64,000 bases of DNA, from NCBI GenBank assembly GCA_020891255.1, contig BQFW01000008.1:2604001-2668000 (forward strand), in the 5' to 3' direction. This stretch comes from Entomortierella parvispora E1425. Its lineage: Eukaryota > Fungi > Mortierellomycota. Within the stretch, counting starts at the first letter, position 1, and the number at the start of each line of letters is the position of its first letter. Position numbers and translations under genes: made by a program. The notes below the pieces were generated by a model that saw only the letters and a program-made list of their open reading frames with translations, was not told where the DNA came from and did no database searches. Shown in pieces: positions 25,675 to 36,988 of the stretch.

Positions 25675-28480
25675 CTCTGCCCAGGGACAGCCCATGGACC
25701 TCCAGTTGACAGGGCAAAGTAACGCCGCCTTCCACAATCACGAACAGCCTCTTGATGCCATGACCAGCAAGTATATCTTGGAAGAGTTGACAAAGGGTGC
25801 CGCCACCATCAGTCCAGAAGGCCAGATCCTGATGCAGTTGGGACCACACCAACGGCATGACGAAGAAGAGATCGATATCTTTGACTATATTCATGCCAAG
25901 CAGGAAGACGAAGATGAGCAAGAGGCCGAGGAGTCAGGGGCCATGGAGGGACTAGAGGGCGTGATGCTTTCCCCCGAGTTCTCTTCGTCTTCCTCTCCGT
26001 CAGCTACATCCTTTGTCGACCCACCTTCGCCCTCCTGGTCCTCCTCCTCCGCCTCCGCTCTCTCCCCCACCTCGTGCTCCTCGCCCTCCCCCTCGGCAGA
26101 TCAAGATGGCTCCTATAGCTCAGGGTTGAGTAGTCGACAGGAGGGCAGTCCTGAAGTCTATATCAAGCAGGAGCACCAGGACGGGGACTACATGGACAGT
26201 TCCATGGACCTGTATGGATCATCGGCACTGCTCCATTCCCGCCCCGATATGGATGTTGCTCCACCCACCCAGGATCTGTTTCGGATGCTGATGGAGGAAC
26301 TGCAGACGCAAGCAACGGTGCAGCGCGAGAAGTTCTTTACTGCAACCACGGGGTCTGGCACAGGAATGGACTCTGTTGATTTCCTGTTCAACCGACAGTC
26401 GGACCTGGAGTCCTCCGCTACCGAGGAGGCGTCCTTCCTGAAGGAAGAGCAAGAACAGCCACAACAGCCGGGCGCATTACAGGCAACGGATCAGGAACAG
26501 CCATTTATGCGGCCAGCCACTGACGAAACTGGCTCTGAATCATGTCTTGGCTCCGCATCGGCGCAGGAACAACAGGGTCTCAACTCTAGCTCCACGGGTG
26601 TCAAGGTCGCCGTCACCACCACCCTCCACAATGGCATCACCAAAAAGACAGGCAACAACAACAGGAGCAACAAACTCGACGACCAGACAATGACCGCTGT
26701 CGACCCTGAACACAACGCCCCGCCCTCTCCCTCTGCGTCTTTATCTTCCTCGGGCTCAGTTACACCGGAATTGACGTCACCTGCGCTCCTGCCCGTTCCA
26801 TTGTCCTTCTCCTCTTCCTTTTCTCTGAACTCGACCTCATCTTCTTCCTCCCTCAGTGCGGATGCGGCTTCCCTGTCTTCTTCCTCATTACCATCTTCCA
26901 GATCCGATGCCACCGGTGCAGGGACGAGCTCAACAAGCCAAGAAAAACCGCCTTTCCCTCAGCTGTCAAAACCCCCTGTATCCATTGCACCAAAAGTTCA
27001 GCGGCCTTCAAGTCTCTCGCCTCTCACCGACATGAGCTTTAGGTCAGCGATTGAGCAACACAATGCCCGGAGGCGAGCTTCTGAGGTGGAGGCTTCGAAA
27101 GAAGAGTCTGCACTTCAGGAGAACAGCAGTAGCAGAAAGCGAAAACTCAGTCGCCAGGTCGATACAGCAACGGAAGCCGTTACACCACCTTCTCCCACAG
27201 GATCTTCCAAAAAGGGTTCGCCACTCCCAGCGCTGGATATTTCTTTGGCCACAGAAGCCGAAAAGAGGACAGGACACCAAAACCAACCTCACTTGGCCAC
27301 CGTCGACATTCGAAAGGAGCCTCTGACGCCCACCTCGCCCGTGAAGGAGGCAGGGGAGATGATGGATGTGGACACTGAATCCTTTGATACCACCACAGAC
27401 AACACCAGCGTCTCTGTCAGTTTGACCTCTTTGTCCACCAACTCCAACGCCAAGCGACCCTGGACCAACGAGGAGGAAAAGTTGCTCCTGAAGCTTGTGG
27501 AAAGTAACGCAGCCATCAAGGATATTGCCGAAACCTTGAACCGTTCGGTCCATTCAGTCCGTTCCCGTCGACAGGTTCTCACAGACCCAGGCTTTGTGAA
27601 GGGCAACGGTCACGCTCAGCCTCGCCGGTCTCGACCTGACCCTTCGTCCAAACTGCCAACTTATTCTCAGATGGCATTTTTGTCCTTGGCTCGTCTTCCT
27701 GAACTGGAAGGAACTTTGAACGACGTAGCGAGTATGGTCGAAAGGCTCTTTAGTCGGCATTTGAACCGGATTCCTCGAACTGGCCACAAGAACTTGCAGA
27801 TCTGGAGAGCTCAGATCTCGGATGCTCTGGCACACGAGAAGGGTCATCCTCGGCCTAGATTCGAGAGTTTTGGTATCAAGCGTGGCCGCCAATGGGTCTA
27901 TCGACTGACTGATTTCGGAAAGGGCGTTGTGGAGGCGATGGGCGGTGTCGAGCAGATTTGCGATGACTTGCTCAAGAACAACGAGAGCTTCCTTGCCGCC
28001 GAAGCTGCCAACGCTGCTGCTGACGGACAAGGAGGTCACATCGAAGCCGCAGAGCTGGGAGGCCCCGCCGCAGGACTTGGTCATGGCAACGGATATGGAT
28101 ACAGCTATTCTGCAGAGGCCTCTCTTGCGGATTCGAGAGCCAAGGCTGCGAATGCGAATGGATCCTCTGGAAAGAAATCGGGATCCGCCAGTGCCAAGAA
28201 GGCCCGGGCGACAAAGGGCTCCTCCTTGAATCGATCTTCTTCGTCCGCAACAACTACAGCCTCGGATGAAACAGAGGATACAGGACCAGATTCAGCGATT
28301 GCCAAGGCCATGGCTGCTATGGCAACTGGTCTTGCCAGAATGATGGCAGCCGAGGATGAGAAATCAGGATCTGGCTCTCTCAAGCCTCTGTCTCCTTTGA
28401 CCTCAACAACTGCAGTGGACGAGTCTGACAAGGCAAAGATGGCCACTAAATCTCGCAGTGGCAAGAAGGCACAGGCATAA
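25535..28480 (+). CDS. Large intronless putative transcription/chromatin factor with a Myb/SANT-like HTH and a winged-helix-like domain (981 aa)
   Basis: Long ATG ORF with polyQ, S-rich disordered regions and a basic NLS (SRKRKLSR). Myb-like segment: KRPWTNEEEKLLLKLV...IAETLNRSVHSVRSRR. Winged-helix-like segment: LPTYSQMAFLSLARL...IWRAQISDAL...WVYRLTDFGK. Confidence 0.85.
25644..25670 (+). repeat. (CAG)n polyglutamine microsatellite
   Basis: Uninterrupted CAG run encoding the polyQ tract of the 25535 ORF. Confidence 0.85.
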
Positions 28481-28758
28481 AAACTTTGTCTATTGTTCCC
28501 ATTAGGACAAGGATTTTTGAATCCAACACACCTCTCCCTTTACTTCCTCCCTCTCCACTCTAGAGTCGGACGCGTGTTCCTGAGGAACCTTGTCTGCACA
28601 TGTACATACCTTTTACATTATTAAAAAACAAAAAACTGCAGGCAAACGGGCCTCTGTCATCACATGACCCATGTTTCTTTCCTCTCTTGCTCCTTTTATC
28701 TCCATTCCTTGTCTGGCGTGATTCCACTCTATTCCGCTCTACTTTCTTTTCCACCGCC

Positions 28759-29067
28759 ATGAAAATCAACCGAGGATTGCCTTCTATGACGATTCGATGG
28801 GTAGCCATGCTGAGTCTTGTTGTGGTCCTGTCATTAGCGCTGTTGCCTCAGAGCTATGAAGCTGCAGAGGCTGCTTTGGTGGCAGGTCCCAGCGTCAAGG
28901 ACACACGTATTGCTCCTAAACCTTTGGTGGCTGCAAACCAGGAAACCCAGGCCACTTTTGGAGACCAAAACGACGAGACGATGACGGGTCCTGCCGGCGG
29001 CGGTGGCGATCAAGTGATCAAGATTGGATCCAATGTACCTTTGCCGCCTATTCCCGAGAACTTTTGA
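28759..29067 (+). CDS. Small secreted or signal-anchored protein (102 aa), cysteine-free
   Basis: ATG in ccgccATG context, a hydrophobic segment WVAMLSLVVVLSLALLP followed by AAEAA, then a hydrophilic tail ending VPLPPIPENF. Confidence 0.6.
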   Translation: MKINRGLPSMTIRWVAMLSLVVVLSLALLPQSYEAAEAALVAGPSVKDTRIAPKPLVAANQETQATFGDQNDETMTGPAGGGGDQVIKIGSNVPLPPIPENF

Positions 29068-30982
29068 GCGTTGGACTGTTGGACATAAGAAAAGAAAAAT
29101 AATACAATTTTGGTTGCAAGGGTACATTGTATCCGCTACACTAGAAACTTTTGGTTTTACATGTGCGTGCCTTGAATTAGCATGGGTGAAAGAAGGGTGT
29201 TATCTCCTCACTCGTTTTTTTTTTGTTGTTTTGTACTCTCTCTGTTCACTCATTCACTGACACACGCGCACGCACAAAATGAGAGAAGCCGACGGGAGTC
29301 TGAGGGCTCACCTCGTTCAGCAGCACTCTCGGAAGAACAACAGAAAGCAAGAAGGAAGGGCAAAAAGAAAAAAAAAAGAAAAAACAGGGCGAGTGCAGGC
29401 CGACGAACGAATGAAAGGACGACAGATTTTTGTTTGTGTCTGTGTGTGTGTGTTTTTTGCTCTTTTGGAAGGTATGTGGAGAGGAGTCAAGGACTCTGCC
29501 AGATAGGCATGCTGGATTGAAACCAATTCTCGTTTGCAGATGAGGCGCGTTTGTGTTTGATTCACTTGTTCACGGTCCCATATGGTCCAAGAGATGAGAA
29601 CTAGTTTGGGTTGGTGCTGCTGCTGGGGTCCGAGGGTAATCAAAATGGTTGATTTCAGCGTAAATTGCCTCAGCACGCACAGAGTTGACGTGGAGGAAGG
29701 ACAGATGTAGGGCCAATATGAGAGAGAGAGACATGAAGGACAGCAGTACAGACAAGAAAAAAAAGAGAGAGCGCTGCTCTCAAGGTTTCTCTCATTCTCT
29801 CCCGTGTCCCGGCTGTGTGGGAGAGGTAGCAACAGAGAGGTGAAGGAAGGATAAAGTTCTCCTCCACATGTCAGCAATTGGCCCGCCTGGTCCTTGTCGC
29901 CTGTCGGACCTTTCAGCGCATTGTCTGGCTTTGTCCACTTCTCCACTCGGACGCAAAACGAGAAATTCAGGGTTTACAGTCGCCAACTCTACTTTTCTCC
30001 ATATATGAGGGTTATGAAGAAGAAGGAGTAAGGAAGAGGAAGAGGAGACAAGGTGAAGGACGATCGATCGTTTGTCACATTGGGGTGCAGAAGGGGGAGG
30101 ATGCTGTATGAAATAAGCATGCACAAAGCAAAGGACAATTTCCACAAACACACGCAAAAAGGAGGTGGAGGAGTGGGCGTCTATCGGGACGAAGGGAGGG
30201 CGCGTTGTTCGACTGTCCGTTGAAATGAGAGCCGGACCACAAAAGAGAAGGAGCAAGGCAACAACAGCACGCGCAAAGAAAGCAAACAGGGCAGAGCTCT
30301 GTCCTCCCATTGTCCACCTTCTCCACCCTCTTCTTTCGCCTCTTTTTCTCTTTTCTTCTCCACACTTTGACTTTGATCCCCTTCCCCTCCCTTCATCCCC
30401 CCTCCATCACCGCCTTCTTCCCTCGCCTCCCCTCTCTTCATCGCCCATTCAACCCCTGTACGCGAGCCGAGTAAAGAAGAGCGTAAGTCTGAACTGACAC
30501 GGAGAAATTATCCTCACACAGGCTCCCTTCCTTGTGTTTGCTCGCAACTCCCTCCTCTGCAACTGAGTTCATGGAGAACAAGATGGACGATTCTTTTAGT
30601 GCGAATGGACAGATGATGAGCAACCGTGGAAGCATCCCTCTGGACCTACAGGACTCCAAGGAACAAAAAAGACGGCAGAGGCAGCCAGGAATGGGAATGT
30701 CATGAATGGATGATTCCTGGCCAACCAAGGCCGGACTGATCAGCTCCGCCCAAGGGCTACCCTACCATCATCCTTTGCCCTGAATGTTCTTTTGGGATGT
30801 CTCATTAGGCCTTTAGAAGCTGACACGTATTTTTTCTTCTTTTTTCTCTTCGTTTCCTGTTTGTTTGTTCGCTGGATTGTTCCTTGGCTGGTTGGTTCGT
30901 CCTCCTGGTTGTTTGTTCGTTCGTCCGTCCTCTAGACAACACATACACCCCCCCCCCCCCTTTCAACACTATCAAAGCACGA

Positions 30983-33685
30983 ATGACAGTCGAGACCCCA
31001 CTCGAGGTCACGTCGTCCGAGGCCATCCTGGCGATCGGGAACGACGTCCTCTCCAAAGGACCTTCCACAGGCATGGTCCTCGACCAAGTCACGCCTTCCT
31101 CCTCTTCTGCGCCCTCCGTCACCGACTCGGACGAGAAGGTCGAGGACCGCGATCGAGACGAGGACAGTTCCTCTGCCGACCTCTTTCAAGATGCCCTTGA
31201 CGATTTACCCGCGACCAAGAAACTCAACCGACGACTCTCCCTCTTTGCCCCCAAGGTCCAGGGCACGGAAGAGTGGGAACAGATCCTGCAAGACTGGGAT
31301 CGAGTCATGGCCGAGAAACGGATCCAGGACGCCAAACTGAACCTGGTCGAACAAGAAAACAAACGCATGAAGGCCCAGTTGAACGACGCCGAGACTTCCA
31401 AGACCGAGATTGAAAAGGAATGCCAGGAACGCATTAAAGAGTTGGAAAAGGTCAACAAGGAGTTGGCCCAAAAGACCAAGGACCCCGCCAAGGAAAAGAT
31501 TGCATTGCAAAACCAACTGGAAGAAGCCGAGGCTGAGAAGGAGCTGTTCAAGCTCATGCTGGAGGAGACTGAGGGCGAGAAGAAGCGAGTCGAGATCAAG
31601 TTGGCCCAGGTCGAGAAGGACCGAGAGACCTGGAACAAAAAGTCGGAGAAGGTTAGATCGGTCAGGAACCGATTGAAGCTCAAGGCTGCTCAATACCAGT
31701 TGCTGTCCACTTCGACCAGCTCTCTTTTGGCTGGCGGTGAAGGACTGGATGGCGCAAGACCTGACAAGGAGAAGAGACGCTTGATGGACCAGGTCAACTC
31801 TTTGGAGTCGGATCGTTCAAGACTGGCGGCCATGGTCAAGGATACCATGAACTCGACCTCTGCAGACTACAGTGATTCAGATGCGGCTGCCATCGATGTC
31901 TCGGCCTTGTCCAAGGAGGAACTCGTCAAGGAGAACCGCAGGTTGAGAAACGAGCTGGAGATGTCCAAGGTCGGCTGCTCTTTGCTTCAACGCCGTATTG
32001 AGGCGTTTGAGGTCACGTTGCACGACGTCCGTGTTGCTTTGACCAACTCGGAGGCCCATGCTGAGAGTCTTGAGGCCAAGAAGTATGACCTGCAGGACAA
32101 GTTGCAGGCCGCTGAGGGTAACTTGGATCGGGCTCGTATCGAGTCGACCAAGTACCAGGCCTTGCACAAGGAGTTGCTAGAGAGGAACGAGAAGATTGAT
32201 CGAGAGATGCAGTTGGTCAAGACTCGATTCGAGGCCAAGGATCGTGTCTTGCTCACTACCCAGAAGCAATTGGCCGCTGCCAAGGTTGACGGTGGATTGC
32301 TCAAGACGATCCGTCGTGAGCTCGAGTCGGTTCTGTTTGATTACAACACTGTGGTTCAGCATTTTATGGACATCCAAGTCCAGTGTATCGGAGCAAAGTC
32401 CTTGGCCAACACCTTGAAGCGCAAGAATAATGAGTTGCAGGCTCAGTTGACTCACTTCCGGTCCATGTTGCTCGGTATCAAGTCCTTCAACAACAACGAC
32501 CCCATCAAATCGCCCACCGTGACAACGTTGAGATCCGAGTTCAGAATCTTGATGGAAAAGATGCAGGAAGAGCAGAACAACCAGGTTGACAAGGAGAGAG
32601 CAGACAAAGCCAAGGCGCAGGACTGGAACAGGAAGTTGAGAATGGAGAAGGACTTTATGAAGTTGGAACTTCAGAACCAGATTGAAAAGTGGAGACGAGT
32701 CTCGATCTACTGGGAGGACAGGTGGCGCAAGACTGCCAATGATCTTCATGAAGCCGTGACGACAGGTACCAGCTCAGAGATGCTCTTTGAGATTGCCTCG
32801 AACCAGCAACAACAGCTCAACGGCGGTAGTGTCCCAGGAAGCGCAACTGCTTCACCTCGCACCAGTCAAACAATCCCACAGCGTGGCTTCCAGTCCCTCT
32901 CGACTACTGGTTCGGCTGCCACCCCTGTCTCGACAGCGGCAGCCAAGCGTCGTTCCATCCTCCCCATCTCGACCGCCAACCACAGCAACATTCTCGGTAC
33001 TGAACAGCCAATGACTCCCTCTGCCATGAAGCAACATATTATGGAGAGCAAGATGCGATCCAACTCTAGCAACTCTCTTTCACGTCAATCGGGCAGTCAC
33101 TTTGCTACCACGACCAATGCTCATGGGACTGTGACAGCAATCTCCTCGCCACCTCTCCAAACATCCAGTTCACCCTCGACGGCGACACTGGCAGTGGGTG
33201 CCATTACAGAGTCATTCACAGATTTGGTCTCCAACATGAAACCCTTCTTGAGCCGCACCCTTTCACAAACTGCTCAGGGCGTCAGTGCGACCACAAGTTC
33301 TCTGGTCGGTGCCGTGGGTACTGGTCGACAGACCAGCAGTCTAGCAGGGCCTTCGGATCCATCTTCCAGATTGGCTGCAGCCTCAACGTTAAGAACTCCT
33401 ATTGCAGCAGGTTTGCCTTCAAACACGAATGGCATTGGCGCCAGAGGTAACACAGCAGTGTCCAAAACGTCGTTGAGGTCGAGGTCTATGGCAGCATCTG
33501 CGATCGGAAGTGCAAGAACACAAGCTTTGCAAGCAGGAGTACCTAACGCGGTGGTTTCAGCAGCGAGTCAAGAGGCACAGACAAGGGCTGACTCGAGTAT
33601 CTCGACGGTGGCACGATCTGTAGATCAGGCCCTCAGCGAGTCGGATCGATTGAAGGCAGACGTCCGCAGGATGTTGAACCGATAA
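30983..33685 (+). CDS. Long coiled-coil protein with S/T-rich disordered C-terminus (900 aa), intronless CDS
   Basis: Heptad-rich E/K/L/Q sequence over about 550 aa. ATG at 30983 follows a probable 5'-UTR intron (GTAAGT near 30482 to TCTAG near 30937). Confidence 0.85.
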   Translation: MTVETPLEVTSSEAILAIGNDVLSKGPSTGMVLDQVTPSSSSAPSVTDSDEKVEDRDRDEDSSSADLFQDALDDLPATKKLNRRLSLFAPKVQGTEEWEQILQDWDRVMAEKRIQDAKLNLVEQENKRMKAQLNDAETSKTEIEKECQERIKELEKVNKELAQKTKDPAKEKIALQNQLEEAEAEKELFKLMLEETEGEKKRVEIKLAQVEKDRETWNKKSEKVRSVRNRLKLKAAQYQLLSTSTSSLLAGGEGLDGARPDKEKRRLMDQVNSLESDRSRLAAMVKDTMNSTSADYSDSDAAAIDVSALSKEELVKENRRLRNELEMSKVGCSLLQRRIEAFEVTLHDVRVALTNSEAHAESLEAKKYDLQDKLQAAEGNLDRARIESTKYQALHKELLERNEKIDREMQLVKTRFEAKDRVLLTTQKQLAAAKVDGGLLKTIRRELESVLFDYNTVVQHFMDIQVQCIGAKSLANTLKRKNNELQAQLTHFRSMLLGIKSFNNNDPIKSPTVTTLRSEFRILMEKMQEEQNNQVDKERADKAKAQDWNRKLRMEKDFMKLELQNQIEKWRRVSIYWEDRWRKTANDLHEAVTTGTSSEMLFEIASNQQQQLNGGSVPGSATASPRTSQTIPQRGFQSLSTTGSAATPVSTAAAKRRSILPISTANHSNILGTEQPMTPSAMKQHIMESKMRSNSSNSLSRQSGSHFATTTNAHGTVTAISSPPLQTSSSPSTATLAVGAITESFTDLVSNMKPFLSRTLSQTAQGVSATTSSLVGAVGTGRQTSSLAGPSDPSSRLAAASTLRTPIAAGLPSNTNGIGARGNTAVSKTSLRSRSMAASAIGSARTQALQAGVPNAVVSAASQEAQTRADSSISTVARSVDQALSESDRLKADVRRMLNR

Positions 33686-34145
33686 AGCATAGGAGAAAAA
33701 AACAAGTTTTGAATACAAATAGTAGAATCTTCAAAGGGCTGATATTCCCTCCCAAACATTTTGTCCGCACGGCGCACGGGATGGATCCAAAGGCAAATGG
33801 TTTTCGGTGTGTTGCTTGCAAGGGACAAAAAGTTTGTGTGGCTAATCTTTACACAATTGCCACCAGTAAAAGGGTCCAGAATCATTTCTTGTATTTTCTT
33901 CTTGTGCCTGCAGACACCAGTTTATGTCTATCTTGTTTTGAGAGGCACCTTCCTCCGGAGATGCATGTCCAACTGTCGATTTCTCCTTGAAATTTCGAGT
34001 AAGAGCCCCCGAGCCCCTAGACTGCACTGATCTCCAGCTTTTTTTTGACGTTCTCCCTCCCCTTACTTTTACCCCCTGCGATATTTCAAGTGGCGCAATG
34101 TCTGATGTTACATTTTATTGTTCTTTGATTCCACAACACCTCCAG

Positions 34146-34153
34146 TATATAAA
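34146..34153 (+). promoter_or_regulatory. Putative TATA box of the small secreted protein gene
   Basis: TATATAAA about 230 bp upstream of ATG 34380, followed by a CT-rich leader. Confidence 0.5.
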
Positions 34154-34379
34154 GCTGCCTTATCTGCAGTAACGGTTTACGTCAAAACACATCCTACTTC
34201 AAGACTCTGACCTCAGCGCCCCGAAACTCATAGCAACTTTCAACCTTGTAGGGGCGTTATCAATTCCCTTCTGCCAATTTCCTTAATCTCGACCATAGAC
34301 ACTCACCACAATTCTCCCTCAATCTTCCTTCAATCTTCCTTCCCCCCTCCTATTCCCAGATCAAACTCTGCCCCTCAAA

Positions 34380-34763
34380 ATGAAGATGCTGTCTCTTATT
34401 GCCTTGGGCATGCTGTCAATTCCTGCATTGATAAAAGCCCAAACGATTGGACCGTGCCATCCCTATCCAGGCGCTGCGGCCGGAGATGTGTTGACTCTTA
34501 TTTCGAATTATCTCAACAACGACGAAACCCCGACTGTCACAGAAGGCACCATGGCAAACGTCACGTACGGCACAGCCGCCATCGTCACAACCAACGTTGC
34601 TGGCGTGGGAGCGATCACTTATGACGACATGGTACGGAGGGCCCTAACGGCCGTCGGGTCTTGTGCTTTGAGCGATCTTGGTTCCATGAGTGGATCTTAT
34701 GTCACATCTGACGGTCAAAGAACATGCTATTTGTTTGCTGGCTCGGCCGCTTCATGCGTCTGA
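34380..34763 (+). CDS. Small secreted 4-Cys protein (127 aa), candidate Ecp2/KP4-like effector or toxin
   Basis: Signal peptide MKMLSLIALGMLSIPALIKA, then a compact mature domain with Cys in GPCHP, GSCAL, RTCYL and ASCV. Has a TATA box. The fold assignment is inference only. Confidence 0.8.
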   Translation: MKMLSLIALGMLSIPALIKAQTIGPCHPYPGAAAGDVLTLISNYLNNDETPTVTEGTMANVTYGTAAIVTTNVAGVGAITYDDMVRRALTAVGSCALSDLGSMSGSYVTSDGQRTCYLFAGSAASCV

Positions 34764-34927
34764 ACACATTTCCATACAACAACACGACTGGAAATGTACG
34801 ACCTGCCCCCCTGTGTTTAGAAGAAAAACAAACACACACACCTTCCCCCTCCAAATGTATAATAAAAAGAACTTTTGATGAGGGGTTTGGATCCTGTATT
34901 TTTTAAGCGGAAAAAATGGAACTGCGA

Positions 34928-36703
34928 CTAGAGCTTGGAATTGTTGGCATAGATTTGAGCGCGCCGGGCCTTGATTGCCTCATACTTTTCACGAATCTCA
35001 TCGCCTCGGAAAAGCTCGAATCGAGCCAATTGTTGGATGTGGACCTCATCTGGACCTATTTCACGAGAAAAAGAAAAAGAGATGGCATGAATATATTGGG
35101 TATTTTTTTTTTTTTCTTGAGTGGGTGTTATTTGTTGAGACCATAAGTTCCTCTGCAAGGTTAACATCGATCCTAATGTCATATTTTTTACCATCGGCAA
35201 TTCGCAAGGATCGAGCCGCGGCATGGAATCTAGCCAACGGAAAGTCTTGACTGACACCTGCAGCTCCAAAAGCCTGTATGGCCAGATCGATGGTCTTTTG
35301 GAGCATGTTGGGTACCAAGACCTTGGCCATGGCAATGTCACGAAGGGCTCCCTTGGCATTGACCTTGTCAATCTTGTCTGCGGCCGCAAGAACCATTAGA
35401 CGAGATGCATTGATATCAATTCGGATCTTGGCCACATCTGCAGCCACGGTGCCATGGCGTGCCAAGATTCGACCAAATGTGCGGCGGGATGGGTCTGTCA
35501 CGCGGGCAATCATCAAGTCCAGAGTGCGCTCTGCCATGCCAATAGCTCGCATGCTACATGATATCAGGTACCAGCTAATGGTGTTAGCTACAAAGAGTCC
35601 ACAAAGGCAGCAACAGTATTCATCTCCTTTTGTTTACCAGTGGTGAATACGACCGGGTCCTAGTCTCCCTTGAATCACCTCAAATCCTCGACCTTCGCCT
35701 GCGATAATGTTCTCTATTGGGACCTTGACATTCACAAACTTGACCTCGCAATGTCCCTCGGGTGCATCATCGTACCCAAAGACGGTCATGGGTCTCACCA
35801 CCTGAACTCCAGGAGTGCCTGCGGGAACAATGACGATCGACTGTTGTCGGTACTTGCTCTCGTTGTTGGGATCGCTCTTGCCCATGACCAAAAACACTTT
35901 GCAACGAGGGTCGCCCGCTCCAGAAATCCACCATTTGTGGCCATTGATAATGTAGTGATCGCCCACACGTTCGATACGGGTCTCGATGTTGGTGGCATCC
36001 GAGGACGAGACTGCGATTTCGGTCATGGCAAACGCAGAACGAATCTCTCCATTCATGAGCGGCACAAGGTACTTTTGCTTCTGGGCAGGAGTACCGTACT
36101 TGGCAAAGACTTCCATGTTGCCAGTGTCGGGTGCTGAACAGTTGAGGGCCTAAGGTCGTTGTTGAGAAATTGAGTGTGAACAGTTGAGACAGGCCGTTGA
36201 TTATACTGGTGATGAGCGGTCCTTTTTTTTATACCTCTGGTGCCACACGAGGAGCTCGTCCAGTAATCTCACAAAGGGTTGCATACTCCAGGTTGGTCAG
36301 ACCTGGACCTTCGGGGTAGCCTTTGTGCAAGAACAGGTTCCAAAGTCCGAGGGAGCGTGCCTTAGCCTTGAGTTCGTCCATGATGGGAGGGATAACCTGC
36401 GAACAGAGAAAGGATTGTGTTAGGATTTTGTCATGGTGATGACGATTCTCAGTATGGAGGACATCATGGTCACCAAGCAGTACCTTCCAACGCTGGTCGC
36501 CTTTGCCGACCTGGCTTTCGTATATCTCTTCAGCTGGCAGACAGTCGTTCTAGCATGGAGAGGTCAAAGAAGCGTGAGAAGAGTGCAGGGATGGTGGACA
36601 ACAGCCGATGACAGTGGATGACCCGTGAGCACACCTCGACAAAGTCAGTGAGCTTGCGCTGTAGTTCCTGGCATCGAGGCGAGACTTCAAAGATAGAGGT
36701 CAT
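34928..36703 (-). CDS. Acyl-CoA dehydrogenase (ACAD10/11, IBR3-like), peroxisomal (PTS1), multi-exon
   Basis: Motifs: [28 protein letters not shown]...[47 protein letters not shown] and RIADGPDEVH. C-terminal -SKL before TAG at 34928. Confidence 0.95.
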
Positions 36704-36988
36704 GTTTTGTTTGTTGTTGTTTGGCAAGGAGAGGAAGGGATGTGGAGAAGGAAGAAAGCGAAGAAAAGAAAGAAAGCGTTCACACGCACCGTTGTGAGTG
36801 CGCTTTGTCCCCCTTTCTCCTCGGGCGAATGAAATCACCACGAGCCGATCACTTTTTCACCTTCATTTTTTCTTTTGCTCCGCCCTTCCGCCCCTTTCAC
36901 GTCGTTCGTCTGTCCATTGATCTGCATGCATTCATTTCTCTCCTAATCAGCACTCATTTATTCATTCATTCATTCATTCATTACCTCA

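Noticed and set aside
29570-29755. 61-aa minus-strand ORF with a signal-peptide-like start
   Set aside because: The hydrophobicity derives from a TC dinucleotide tract, and there is no other support.
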